Position numbers and translations under genes: made by a program
Assembly: GCA_934230415.1 (NCBI GenBank)
Contig: CAKQEW010000002.1
Coordinates: forward strand, 64,783 to 128,782
Length of the DNA stretch: 64,000 nt
Reading direction: 5' to 3'
Origin: an uncultured Alphaproteobacteria bacterium
GTDB taxonomy: Bacteria; Pseudomonadota; Alphaproteobacteria; Rs-D84
Notes under the pieces: model-generated
Seen by the model: the letters and a program-made list of their open reading frames with translations, nothing else
Database searches by the model: none
What the model was told of the DNA's origin: nothing
Shown: positions 56,583 to 64,000 of the stretch, in pieces
Layout of the letters: every line of letters starts with the position of its first letter
How positions within the stretch are numbered: the first letter of the stretch is position 1

Positions 56583-57887
56583 ATGGCAAATTTAACAATT
56601 GAAAATATGGCGCTGAATCAAATTCGTGTCTATGCAAAAAACACAAAAAGTCACCCCGAGGGGCAAATTCAGCAAATAGCAGCATCTATCCGGCAATTTG
56701 GGTTTAATAATCCAATACTGGTGGATGAGAATTTGGAAATTATCGCCGGACACGGTCGCATGGACGCTGCACAAATATTGGGGCTGAAAACTGTGCCCGT
56801 TATCAGACTGTCGCATTTGTCAGAGGCACAAAAGCGCGCTTATCGTTTGGCTGATAATAAAATCGCCGAAAATGGTGGTTGGAATGCGGATTTGTTGCGC
56901 CTAGAAATATCCGAATTGGAACAAATCTGTGACGATATGGATATATCCATTACAGGATTTACGGATGTCGAGTTAGATATCTTGGCGATGGACGATAGAC
57001 CAACCGCAGCATCCAAGGTAAATAACGTGCCATACATCCCCGAAAACGAAATCGTAACGCGCCTTGGTGATGTGTGGCGCATTGGTGACCATCGGATTAT
57101 TTGTGGCAACAGTTTGGATAGTGGTGCCTTTGAAAGACTGTTGGGCAATAGGCAGGCGGATATGGTTCTGCAAGATCCGCCATATAACGTGAAAATCAGT
57201 GGTCACGTATGTGGCGCGGGTAACGTACACCATAAAGAATTTATGATGGCATCGGGCGAGATGAGCACGGACGAGTTCACGCAGTTTTTACGCAAGAACT
57301 TTGATTTGTGTGCGAAATATTCGCGTCCTGGGGCATTGCAGTACAATTTTATGGATTGGCGCCACATGGGCGAAATATTGGCCGCGGGAACGGGCGCGTT
57401 TTCAGGTCTGATAAACATGTGCGTCTGGTGCAAGTCTTCGGGCGGCATGGGCAGTCTGTATCGCAGTCAACACGAACTCTGCTTTATATTCAAAAACGGT
57501 GAAGATGCGCATGTCAACAATGTCAAGCTTGGCTCGAATGGTCGATATCGTACAAATGTTTGGCAGTACGCGGGTGTAAATGCGTTCGGACGGCACAAAA
57601 ATGATATAAAAATGCACCCAACGGTAAAGCCTGTTGAAATGCTGAAAGATGCGATATTGGACGTCACACGGCGCGGCGATATTGTTTTGGATGCTTTTCT
57701 GGGCTCGGGCAGCACACTGATTGCTGCGCATCAATCTAAACGCGTTTGCTATGGCATTGAACTTGATCCGCTGTATGTTGATACATCAATTCGCCGATTT
57801 TTCGACTTGTTTGGCATAGATGCCATACACGAAGCATCTGGTAAAACGTATTCAGAATTACTAGTCACCCGGCGGGAGGTCGCGTAA
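56583..57887 (+). CDS. ParB-like nuclease domain fused to a DNA methyltransferase (N6-A/N4-C, DPPY motif)
   Basis: N-terminal ParB/Srx fold (ILVDENLEIIAGHGR), DPPYNV, and a C-terminal FxGxG AdoMet motif (DAFLGSGSTLIAA). Common in phage packaging modules. Confidence 0.75.
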   Translation: MANLTIENMALNQIRVYAKNTKSHPEGQIQQIAASIRQFGFNNPILVDENLEIIAGHGRMDAAQILGLKTVPVIRLSHLSEAQKRAYRLADNKIAENGGWNADLLRLEISELEQICDDMDISITGFTDVELDILAMDDRPTAASKVNNVPYIPENEIVTRLGDVWRIGDHRIICGNSLDSGAFERLLGNRQADMVLQDPPYNVKISGHVCGAGNVHHKEFMMASGEMSTDEFTQFLRKNFDLCAKYSRPGALQYNFMDWRHMGEILAAGTGAFSGLINMCVWCKSSGGMGSLYRSQHELCFIFKNGEDAHVNNVKLGSNGRYRTNVWQYAGVNAFGRHKNDIKMHPTVKPVEMLKDAILDVTRRGDIVLDAFLGSGSTLIAAHQSKRVCYGIELDPLYVDTSIRRFFDLFGIDAIHEASGKTYSELLVTRREVA

Positions 57888-58255
57888 TGAAAGACTACGA
57901 AATGGGATATATGAAACCGCCCAAATCGGGACAATTTCGTCCTGGTCAATCGGGTAACCCCAAGGGGCGACCCAAGGGCAGTAAAAATACATACAAGTTA
58001 TTGGATGAAATTTTAAACGAAAAAGTTCAAATCGTTAAAAACGGCAATCCAATCAAAATACCTAAAAAGTTAGCGATGTTATTACAGGCGGCAAACAAGG
58101 CGGCCAAAGGTGACCTAAAAGCGCTTCAGATTTTAATCCCTTTGATGATAGAGGCGGATAATAAAAATGAAGAACTGGCCAAGGTCGCGGCGACCATCCG
58201 CCAGGATGACATGACCATAGTCAAACAATTTTTAAAGGATAATAAAAATGGATAA
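57887..58255 (+). CDS. DUF5681-like protein, putative terminase small subunit
   Basis: N-terminus YEMGYMKPPKSGQFRPGQSGNPKGRPKGSKN. Immediately precedes and overlaps terL. Confidence 0.4.
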   Translation: MKDYEMGYMKPPKSGQFRPGQSGNPKGRPKGSKNTYKLLDEILNEKVQIVKNGNPIKIPKKLAMLLQAANKAAKGDLKALQILIPLMIEADNKNEELAKVAATIRQDDMTIVKQFLKDNKNG

Positions 58256-59684
58256 AAATATATTTAACGCAATATTGCGTACAGATTTTAAATCTTTTGT
58301 CATAAAGGTGTTCAATGAGGTATCGCCCGGCTCAACATATATGGATAACTGGCATATAGACGTTATCTGTGATGCCGTTATGAATATGTATGATGCCGAA
58401 AATCGACGTTTAATAATAAATATGCCACCGCGATATATGAAAAGTATAATTTGTTCGGTTGCGTTGCCTGCATGGCTGTTGGGACATAATCCCAAACTAA
58501 ACATAGGATGCGTCAGTTATAACGATGAATTGGCGGCTAAATTCGCCAATAATTGCCGTGATGTTATGCAATCCGATTGGTATCGCAATTTGTTTCCGAT
58601 GACGCGCTTGCACCCGTCAAGACAGGCTATAAATGATTTTGAAACCACCCAGGCTGGCGGTCGAATGTCCACTTCGATTGGCGGTACATTTACGGGACGT
58701 GGGGTAGATTGGTTGATAATCGATGATCCGCAAAAGGCCTCGGATGCGAATTCAGAGGCATCGCGAACGAAACTAAACGATTGGTTTGGTGCAACCGCAT
58801 ATTCGCGCCTTAATGACAAGGCAACAGGAAAGATTTTGCTGGTTATGCAACGTTTGCATCAAGATGATCTGACCGGACATTTATTGGATACTAATGCGGG
58901 ATTCAAGGTTGTTAAACTCCCCGTTATTGCAACCGAGGATGAAACATGGATAATTAAAAATCGAGTTTTCGGCACAACGCAGACAATTTCTCGCCAACAA
59001 GGAGAACTGTTGCATCCTGCGCGTGAAAATGCACAAATTGTGGCGGAAATAAAGGAGTCTATGGGTGAGTATGCATTTGTTGCACAATATCAGCAAGACC
59101 CATGCCCGCCAGAAGGCGGAATTGTCAAAGAGTCGTGGCTGAAATATTATGAGGATGCTGCCATAAATTCGCGACTTCAACCGAAGCACGTGTTTATCAG
59201 TTGGGATACAGCTAATAAGACGGGTGATAATAACGCGTATTCTGTTGGGTGCGTAATTCTTATGACAAACAACTATAAATTTTACCTAATAGATATAATT
59301 AGAGGGAAATGGGATACGCCGCAATTATTTGATAAAATAATAGAGGTATATAACGAATATAAATATGACCAACAGGCCGGTAATTATGTGAAATTGTTGA
59401 TAGAGGACAAGGCTAGTGGCGAGTTCCTTATCCCGATGTTAGGTAAGGCACGTGATCGTATCGGTCGGCGGATAGAGGTTGTACCCATTAAACCTACGAT
59501 AGATAAAATATCTCGCGCAAAGGCATTAGGTGTTATGATTGAAAAAGGGAATTTGCTATTTCCACAAAAAGATGAAGCCTGGTGGCAAAATTGTAAAAAG
59601 GAACTACTGGGGTTCCCAAATACAAAATATAAAGATCAGGTTGATGCCATGTCACAGTGTATAAACTATGCCATGCAACAATAA
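58248..59684 (+). CDS. terL: Phage terminase large subunit
   Basis: ATPase N-domain with a Walker B-like block (WLIIDDPQK) and a C-terminal RNaseH-like nuclease block (ISWDTANKTGDNNAYSVGCVIL...DQVDAMSQ). Confidence 0.8.
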   Translation: MDKNIFNAILRTDFKSFVIKVFNEVSPGSTYMDNWHIDVICDAVMNMYDAENRRLIINMPPRYMKSIICSVALPAWLLGHNPKLNIGCVSYNDELAAKFANNCRDVMQSDWYRNLFPMTRLHPSRQAINDFETTQAGGRMSTSIGGTFTGRGVDWLIIDDPQKASDANSEASRTKLNDWFGATAYSRLNDKATGKILLVMQRLHQDDLTGHLLDTNAGFKVVKLPVIATEDETWIIKNRVFGTTQTISRQQGELLHPARENAQIVAEIKESMGEYAFVAQYQQDPCPPEGGIVKESWLKYYEDAAINSRLQPKHVFISWDTANKTGDNNAYSVGCVILMTNNYKFYLIDIIRGKWDTPQLFDKIIEVYNEYKYDQQAGNYVKLLIEDKASGEFLIPMLGKARDRIGRRIEVVPIKPTIDKISRAKALGVMIEKGNLLFPQKDEAWWQNCKKELLGFPNTKYKDQVDAMSQCINYAMQQ

Positions 59685-59687
59685 ACT

Positions 59688-59712
59688 CAACGCCCCATTT
59701 GGGGCGTTGTAA
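59688..59712. terminator. Bidirectional terminator (CAACGCCCCATTTGGGGCGTTG) between terL and the convergent cassette
   Basis: 9-bp GC stem. Confidence 0.65.
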
Positions 59713-59715
59713 ATA

Positions 59716-60138
59716 TCAATATTCTTTCCGTTCAACGATACAATCCCTTTCCCATGAAAAACATTCTTGTTTTTGAATATCTTTTTGGGCGCAATCCCCA
59801 TAATACACAGGAACGGTTCTTTGGGCACTTGTCGCCGTTGTAAATGAGAATGATTTACGTGTATTCTCCAAAATTCCAGACCATACATAGTATTGGCCAT
59901 CAACCCATTCATTCTCGTATTTACAATTCTCCAGAATTAATTTAACACTGTATACAACACCCCATTTTTCTCCTTGTGGTCCCAGATAGCCAACATTCGC
60001 TAATACAACTTTTTTTGTGTCTGACTGGTCAAGCACCTGATGAACATAAGCCCAATGTTTGACCTCTACATCTCTGGTTCCTGTGGTACAAGAGGTTAAG
60101 CTCAATAATCCTAATATAAAAAATGATACTTTTTTCAT
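59716..60138 (-). CDS. Small lipoprotein (hypothetical)
   Basis: Lipobox (LLSLTSCTT). 140 aa. Last gene of the minus-strand cassette. Confidence 0.4.
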   Translation of the reverse strand: MKKVSFFILGLLSLTSCTTGTRDVEVKHWAYVHQVLDQSDTKKVVLANVGYLGPQGEKWGVVYSVKLILENCKYENEWVDGQYYVWSGILENTRKSFSFTTATSAQRTVPVYYGDCAQKDIQKQECFSWERDCIVERKEY

Positions 60139-60142
60139 TTTG

Positions 60143-60826
60143 CTACTCCTTTGGTGGTATTTTGACTAATAAAAATTTGAACAGGCCGTTTTGTGCAGTC
60201 ATCTCATAGAAATCCTGCCAAGTAAATTCATAGTTGTTCCTGATATCCAAATTTGGACGCGTTTTTAGCAATTTTTCTGGATTTGTGCAGTTGGCTAAAT
60301 TCCAGTTATATTCCCCTTTGTATTTGGCTCCGGGGCTTATGCGAAATGCATATGCCTGAGTTTTTATATTGCATTGACCGTTCCAATAATATTTATCGTT
60401 GGCAATGCATATAAAAATACCACTGTGGGCAAAGCCAGAATCAACCAATCTCTCTATGCGCGATATGTCTTTCCAACAGTCATAACAACCTTCGTCTTCT
60501 GCCCCTTGGGATTTTAATATATCTCTGATCGGAATACCGGTGTCTTCATATAATGTGTCTGAGTCTATTTGGTCGGTCTTGTATTTTAATTCAATAGGGA
60601 ACCTTTTGCCATCAGCTATAATCAGAATATCGATATAAATCGTTCGCCATTTGTTGTCGTATATGCGCACAGGAAATTCACGGTATATTTTGACGTTCGA
60701 CCAATCTTTAAATGCCTGCATCAATTCCCAGGTAAAAGATGCCTGAAAATCAGCCTCTGACACAAAGAAACGATGTTTTTGTTTCAGGTTTTTAAATGCA
60801 GAAATAATAGATTCTGTAATATTCAC
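60143..60826 (-). CDS. PD-(D/E)xK nuclease-fold protein (hypothetical)
   Basis: GTG start. Motif arrangement E(SEADFQ)...D(IYIDILI)...ExK(PIELKYK) with the spacing of restriction-endonuclease-like nucleases. 227 aa. Confidence 0.35.
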   Translation of the reverse strand: MNITESIISAFKNLKQKHRFFVSEADFQASFTWELMQAFKDWSNVKIYREFPVRIYDNKWRTIYIDILIIADGKRFPIELKYKTDQIDSDTLYEDTGIPIRDILKSQGAEDEGCYDCWKDISRIERLVDSGFAHSGIFICIANDKYYWNGQCNIKTQAYAFRISPGAKYKGEYNWNLANCTNPEKLLKTRPNLDIRNNYEFTWQDFYEMTAQNGLFKFLLVKIPPKE

Positions 60827-60829
60827 ACC

Positions 60830-61090
60830 CGTTTTCCCTTTTTATAAACAAAGACCGTCAACAGAATTGACGGCCGGGGAGTTGGTGTCAGCAAACGAAT
60901 GCTCCGTGCTTTCGGGCAAGCCCTGTTGTATAGCGAACGGCTCCCCGACCACAGTCGGGGGACTTTAACGACAAATTTGTGCCGCGTCTGCGGGCCACCA
61001 CAGCCCCGAACCCAATTCCCATTGGATTCAGTGAGAATTTTACCGTGAGAAATAAAGTAAATCAAGTTGATTTATGAAGATAAAGATTAA
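60830..61090 (-). ncRNA. GC-rich, highly structured non-coding element between the S8 protease gene and the nuclease-fold gene (candidate ncRNA)
   Basis: About 55% GC inside a cassette of about 35% GC. Multiple perfect hairpins (CCGTCAA-CAGAA-TTGACGG, GGGGAG...CTCCCC, CCCGAC-CACA-GTCGGG, CCGC-GTCT-GCGG). The only ORF is an 80-aa TTG-start frame with no RBS. Confidence 0.3.
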
Positions 61091-63562
61091 TTATGCAAGA
61101 ACTTCTAGTATGTTTCTCACTTCTATATTATTTTCAATTGGAGTGTAAATATCTATGTCAACGTCTCCCGCATCAATGCTAACAATAAGACTAAAACGCG
61201 TTCTTGTGTCTTCGGGTCTAATTTTTTTACTATCTCTCCACCACCCACCAACGCTGTAAATAGCAATATTTTTCATATCTGCTAATTCAGAACCATTTGT
61301 TATCAAGAAATCCTGATGTATCGAGCCAGCCGTACGCATTGGCGATTTCTTTCCATAAACCCATCTATCGTCTTTAGTACGCGATGCGTTTTTATGTTCA
61401 GAATCTTCCTCCGCTATATTCGCATTTATCCTATTCATAAACATAGTTTCTGTTTCAGTTGGCATTTGTAAATCAAATCGCAAATTATGTGATTGATATG
61501 CAAATTTTCTACTGTATCCTCGCGAACTTGGATTTGGTGCAACAAAATAAGATAATGTTATTTTGACTTTTATTTTCTTATCTTTTAGTTCATCGCTTTG
61601 AAATAAGTCCGTAGGCCACGGCATAGGAATCATTAAAATTTGGCAAACTTTGTCATTTTTTAACTCATTCTTTTTTACTAATCTTGGTATTATTCCATTT
61701 GCATCTCTCTTGTAGTCGTATACTTGGAACTCTTTTTCGGCGATCAATGTTAATGCGTTGTTTCCGCTATATAGTGCTTGATCTAAATTTGGTACACCGT
61801 AACCGCACATTTTGATAAAATTCGTTAATTGTTCTTTATTCCAATTTTCTGGCAGTCTTGTTGATAACATAGTTTCTGTCCATTCGGCAGAATTAACTAT
61901 TAGTCCTCTAATAGTCTCTGGCCAATATGTTGGATATTTTGCAAATAGATTACCAATAAATTGACCTGCCATACCAGTGGCAGCACTGGTCATATTAAGT
62001 CCACAGAATGAAGGATTGTTTATTGTTGAAGAACAAGTGACCAACTCAAACATATCGCCATCATATACATAGGAGTCTTTATCAATGACTTTATTTCCGC
62101 CTTCAAACACAACTTCTGGTTTTATAGGCCATTGTTTTTCAAATTTTATGGAAGTTCTAGAGTAAGGCGATAAATCGCCTGCTTGTGCATATGGAACAAA
62201 GCCACTGTTAGCACACAGTTTTTGGTCTGCTAAATTTGTATATGCTCCTACCGATAGAGAATTCCAGGACTGAGCAGGATCTTCAACACATGAATTTTTT
62301 TGGTGCTCATCATAGTCTTCTGCTTTGCATAACCCGTCAACGTTTCCAACCGATATAGCAAATAATTTACTATTTTTAAAAACAATATCATCAATTTTTG
62401 CAGACCAGCTGGTTGGAGCCCCAAATTTTTCAGAAATGTTTTCAGCAGATGCCGCCATAACATATGCATTAACAATATTCTCATCGGTATTTGTTTTATT
62501 TACAGATAGTTCTGTAATCGTTCCCCATAACTCCCGATCTGTGCCACTAGAATCGCAAATCTGAACGCTTTCTATCTTGTATGGTATAGTTATACTTTGT
62601 AAAGTTTTTGCCTGTGCTATGTCGCCAAATGCAACCAGGCTCCCCATACTAGTTGTGTGTGCATTTGTGGGACTGTTCGCAAATGTACTTACAGCTTTAA
62701 GGTTTCTGACAATTAATCGATCCAACAGCGGATGTCTGACAATAAGTCCTTCGTCCAATATTGTCATACGCACTCGGTTTGTATCATCTGGATATGTTGT
62801 TTTCCTTTCCAACTCTGCTACTATTTCATCTTGAATTTCCTGAGGTTGACCAACAATAGGAGGATTAATTTTTTTTGCTAAATGTATTTCTGTAACAACA
62901 ACATCGTAATTAGTGACAAATGTATTTAATTCTATTATAGATGCGTTACAAATAAAAACGTATCTGTCTGGAAAATCTATGTATTTCTGATTAAAAACTA
63001 ACCTACAATCATTCGCGACCTGCATAAATTTTTCTAAAGCATTTTCTTGTTTTTTGTTGATCCACAGTTCCCACCAGTGCTTATTATTATCCTCTGGTAA
63101 TAAACGAATATCGTCCATAAACAAATCAGATATTTTTATCTCGTCAGTTATGGAACCAATGCTTCCTACATATGAGAGTGTTTTGCTGCCTGGTACTGAC
63201 TCTGAATATTTTTGTGCGACCTTTTGTAGTTTGTTAAATGCTTTTCCAGATTCAACGGATACGTTAGCAGAAATGACCTTGCCGTCTTTCTCTTTTATGG
63301 AAAGTAACTCCATTCCTGAACCGGGTTGATTCAAATTTTCGAAAAACAAACCAGTTTCTGTATTGCCGTTAAATTTTATCGTATAAATCGTGTTTTCTGG
63401 ATGTCTGCTCTTAATTAATTGTATTTCATCGGACAAGCGCCTGCCATGTGCAAACCGATTTTTTATGTTCGGGATAATCTGGTTCCCGCGTCCTGTGCCT
63501 TTAAATAGACTAGGAACAATATCATCTGTTTTCAAGATTAAATGCTGTTTATTTCGTGGCAT
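61091..63562 (-). CDS. Subtilisin-like serine protease (peptidase S8) with a large N-terminal extension, IetS-like
   Basis: 823 aa. Catalytic Ser block MTSAATGMAG (GTSxAAP-like), a His block (NAHTTSMGS) and an upstream Asp. Five nt downstream of the AAA ATPase gene. Confidence 0.75.
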   Translation of the reverse strand: MPRNKQHLILKTDDIVPSLFKGTGRGNQIIPNIKNRFAHGRRLSDEIQLIKSRHPENTIYTIKFNGNTETGLFFENLNQPGSGMELLSIKEKDGKVISANVSVESGKAFNKLQKVAQKYSESVPGSKTLSYVGSIGSITDEIKISDLFMDDIRLLPEDNNKHWWELWINKKQENALEKFMQVANDCRLVFNQKYIDFPDRYVFICNASIIELNTFVTNYDVVVTEIHLAKKINPPIVGQPQEIQDEIVAELERKTTYPDDTNRVRMTILDEGLIVRHPLLDRLIVRNLKAVSTFANSPTNAHTTSMGSLVAFGDIAQAKTLQSITIPYKIESVQICDSSGTDRELWGTITELSVNKTNTDENIVNAYVMAASAENISEKFGAPTSWSAKIDDIVFKNSKLFAISVGNVDGLCKAEDYDEHQKNSCVEDPAQSWNSLSVGAYTNLADQKLCANSGFVPYAQAGDLSPYSRTSIKFEKQWPIKPEVVFEGGNKVIDKDSYVYDGDMFELVTCSSTINNPSFCGLNMTSAATGMAGQFIGNLFAKYPTYWPETIRGLIVNSAEWTETMLSTRLPENWNKEQLTNFIKMCGYGVPNLDQALYSGNNALTLIAEKEFQVYDYKRDANGIIPRLVKKNELKNDKVCQILMIPMPWPTDLFQSDELKDKKIKVKITLSYFVAPNPSSRGYSRKFAYQSHNLRFDLQMPTETETMFMNRINANIAEEDSEHKNASRTKDDRWVYGKKSPMRTAGSIHQDFLITNGSELADMKNIAIYSVGGWWRDSKKIRPEDTRTRFSLIVSIDAGDVDIDIYTPIENNIEVRNILEVLA

Positions 63563-63567
63563 AAATA

Positions 63568-64000
63568 TTACAAGCTCCGACGCGTTTCAACATCTTTTAA
63601 AAGATTTATAAGAAGAGAGGTGTCCACGATCGTACCGTCCAATATGTTTTGCTTTATTGCATTGTTACAAACTTGAGCGATTTCTGCGTAACTAAGTTTG
63701 TCGGATTCCTTCTCTATTTTTGTCCAGTTAATCCCCGCGACGTATTTTTTTGTTAAATATTTCTTAAAAGCCTCAATTCTTAATTTGTTGTCTGGTAAAT
63801 CATAATGCAGAATGTCGTCAAAACGACGGAATAGGGCTTTATCTAATAATTCTTCATGGTTTGTCGCCGCCAATATCAAGCTATCAGAACGAGAGTTTTC
63901 AATAAATTGCAGAAAAGAATTCAATATGCGACGTATTTCGCCAACATCATTCGTGGCGCCGCGACTGCTGCCAATAGCATCAAATTCGTCAAAGAAATAA
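63568..64000 (-). CDS. Classic-clade AAA+ ATPase, C-terminal part (gene continues beyond the window end), IetA-like
   Basis: In-frame translation to the window edge gives ...YFFDEFDAIGSSRG...ILAATNHEELLDKALFRRFDD... These are Walker B (DEFD), sensor-1 (ATN) and the Arg finger (RRFD). The TTG at 63924 is not the real start. Confidence 0.75.
   Translation of the reverse strand, partial: YFFDEFDAIGSSRGATNDVGEIRRILNSFLQFIENSRSDSLILAATNHEELLDKALFRRFDDILHYDLPDNKLRIEAFKKYLTKKYVAGINWTKIEKESDKLSYAEIAQVCNNAIKQNILDGTIVDTSLLINLLKDVETRRSL

Larger units (their letters stand above)
53278..64000. mobile_element. Phage-like genomic island adjacent to tRNA-Ser, continuing past the window end (serine recombinase, ParB-MTase, TerS-like, TerL, AT-rich cargo)
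   Basis: Composition changes at the tRNA. The AT-rich membrane-protein gene and the 59.7-64.0 kb cassette are visibly more AT-rich than the core genes. No capsid or tail genes lie within the window. Confidence 0.6.

Noticed and set aside
60823-61065. 80-aa minus-strand ORF (TTG start) overlapping the GC-rich spacer and sharing a GTGA overlap with the downstream gene start
   Set aside because: There is no SD. It has a non-ATG start. Its Arg/Gly/Pro-rich composition is typical of a random frame through GC-rich DNA. The region is better explained as structured RNA or DNA. It remains noted as an alternative under the ncRNA finding.
60830-61090. Possibility that the GC-rich element is a tRNA or tmRNA
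   Set aside because: There is no GTTCGANTC T-loop, no CCA-ended acceptor pairing and no tag-peptide frame on either strand.
1-64000. CRISPR arrays, IS transposases, rRNA genes
   Set aside because: There are no regularly spaced direct repeats. No transposase-like ORF (DDE/HUH) was recognised among the translated frames. No rRNA-like conserved stretches were found.

Overview
The window is a chromosomal segment of a moderately GC-rich, probably host-associated proteobacterium. The alphaproteobacterial affinity is an inference from the long RpoB/RpoC, the olsBA ornithine-lipid genes and rvh-like virB genes. Left to right, the window holds five elements. First, the end of a type IV secretion cluster on the minus strand (virB8, a virB9 fused to a SPOR domain, and the 5' start of virB10). 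Second, the canonical tRNA-Trp-secE-nusG-rplKAJL-rpoBC block, followed by a HAD protein and rpmF-plsX rather than rpsL/fusA/tuf. Third, a run of envelope and housekeeping genes: mraZ alone, a PLD lipoprotein, ihfA, pepO, hemW, OMPs, a lytic transglycosylase, olsBA, proS, ldh, cvpA, a U32 peptidase, glyQS, ferredoxin, BI-1 and lgt. Fourth, a surface-glycan modification locus (about 32.4-39.6 kb) carrying three homopolymeric tracts (C7TC8+(AC)4, G10, G9) that make it look phase-variable; one gene is currently frameshifted at the G10 tract. Fifth, after tRNA-Ser at 53.2 kb, a phage-like island: an AT-rich membrane protein, a large serine recombinase with a DUF2924-like partner, a ParB-DNA methyltransferase fusion, a TerS-like protein and TerL. 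This island ends in an AT-rich minus-strand cassette: a partial AAA+ ATPase, an 823-aa S8 subtilase (an IetAS-like defense pair), a roughly 250-bp GC-rich structured non-coding element, a PD-(D/E)xK-fold protein and a lipoprotein. Three of the five tRNA genes carry a nearby partial duplicate of one end, the footprint of integrative elements. No CRISPR array, IS transposase or rRNA gene was seen.
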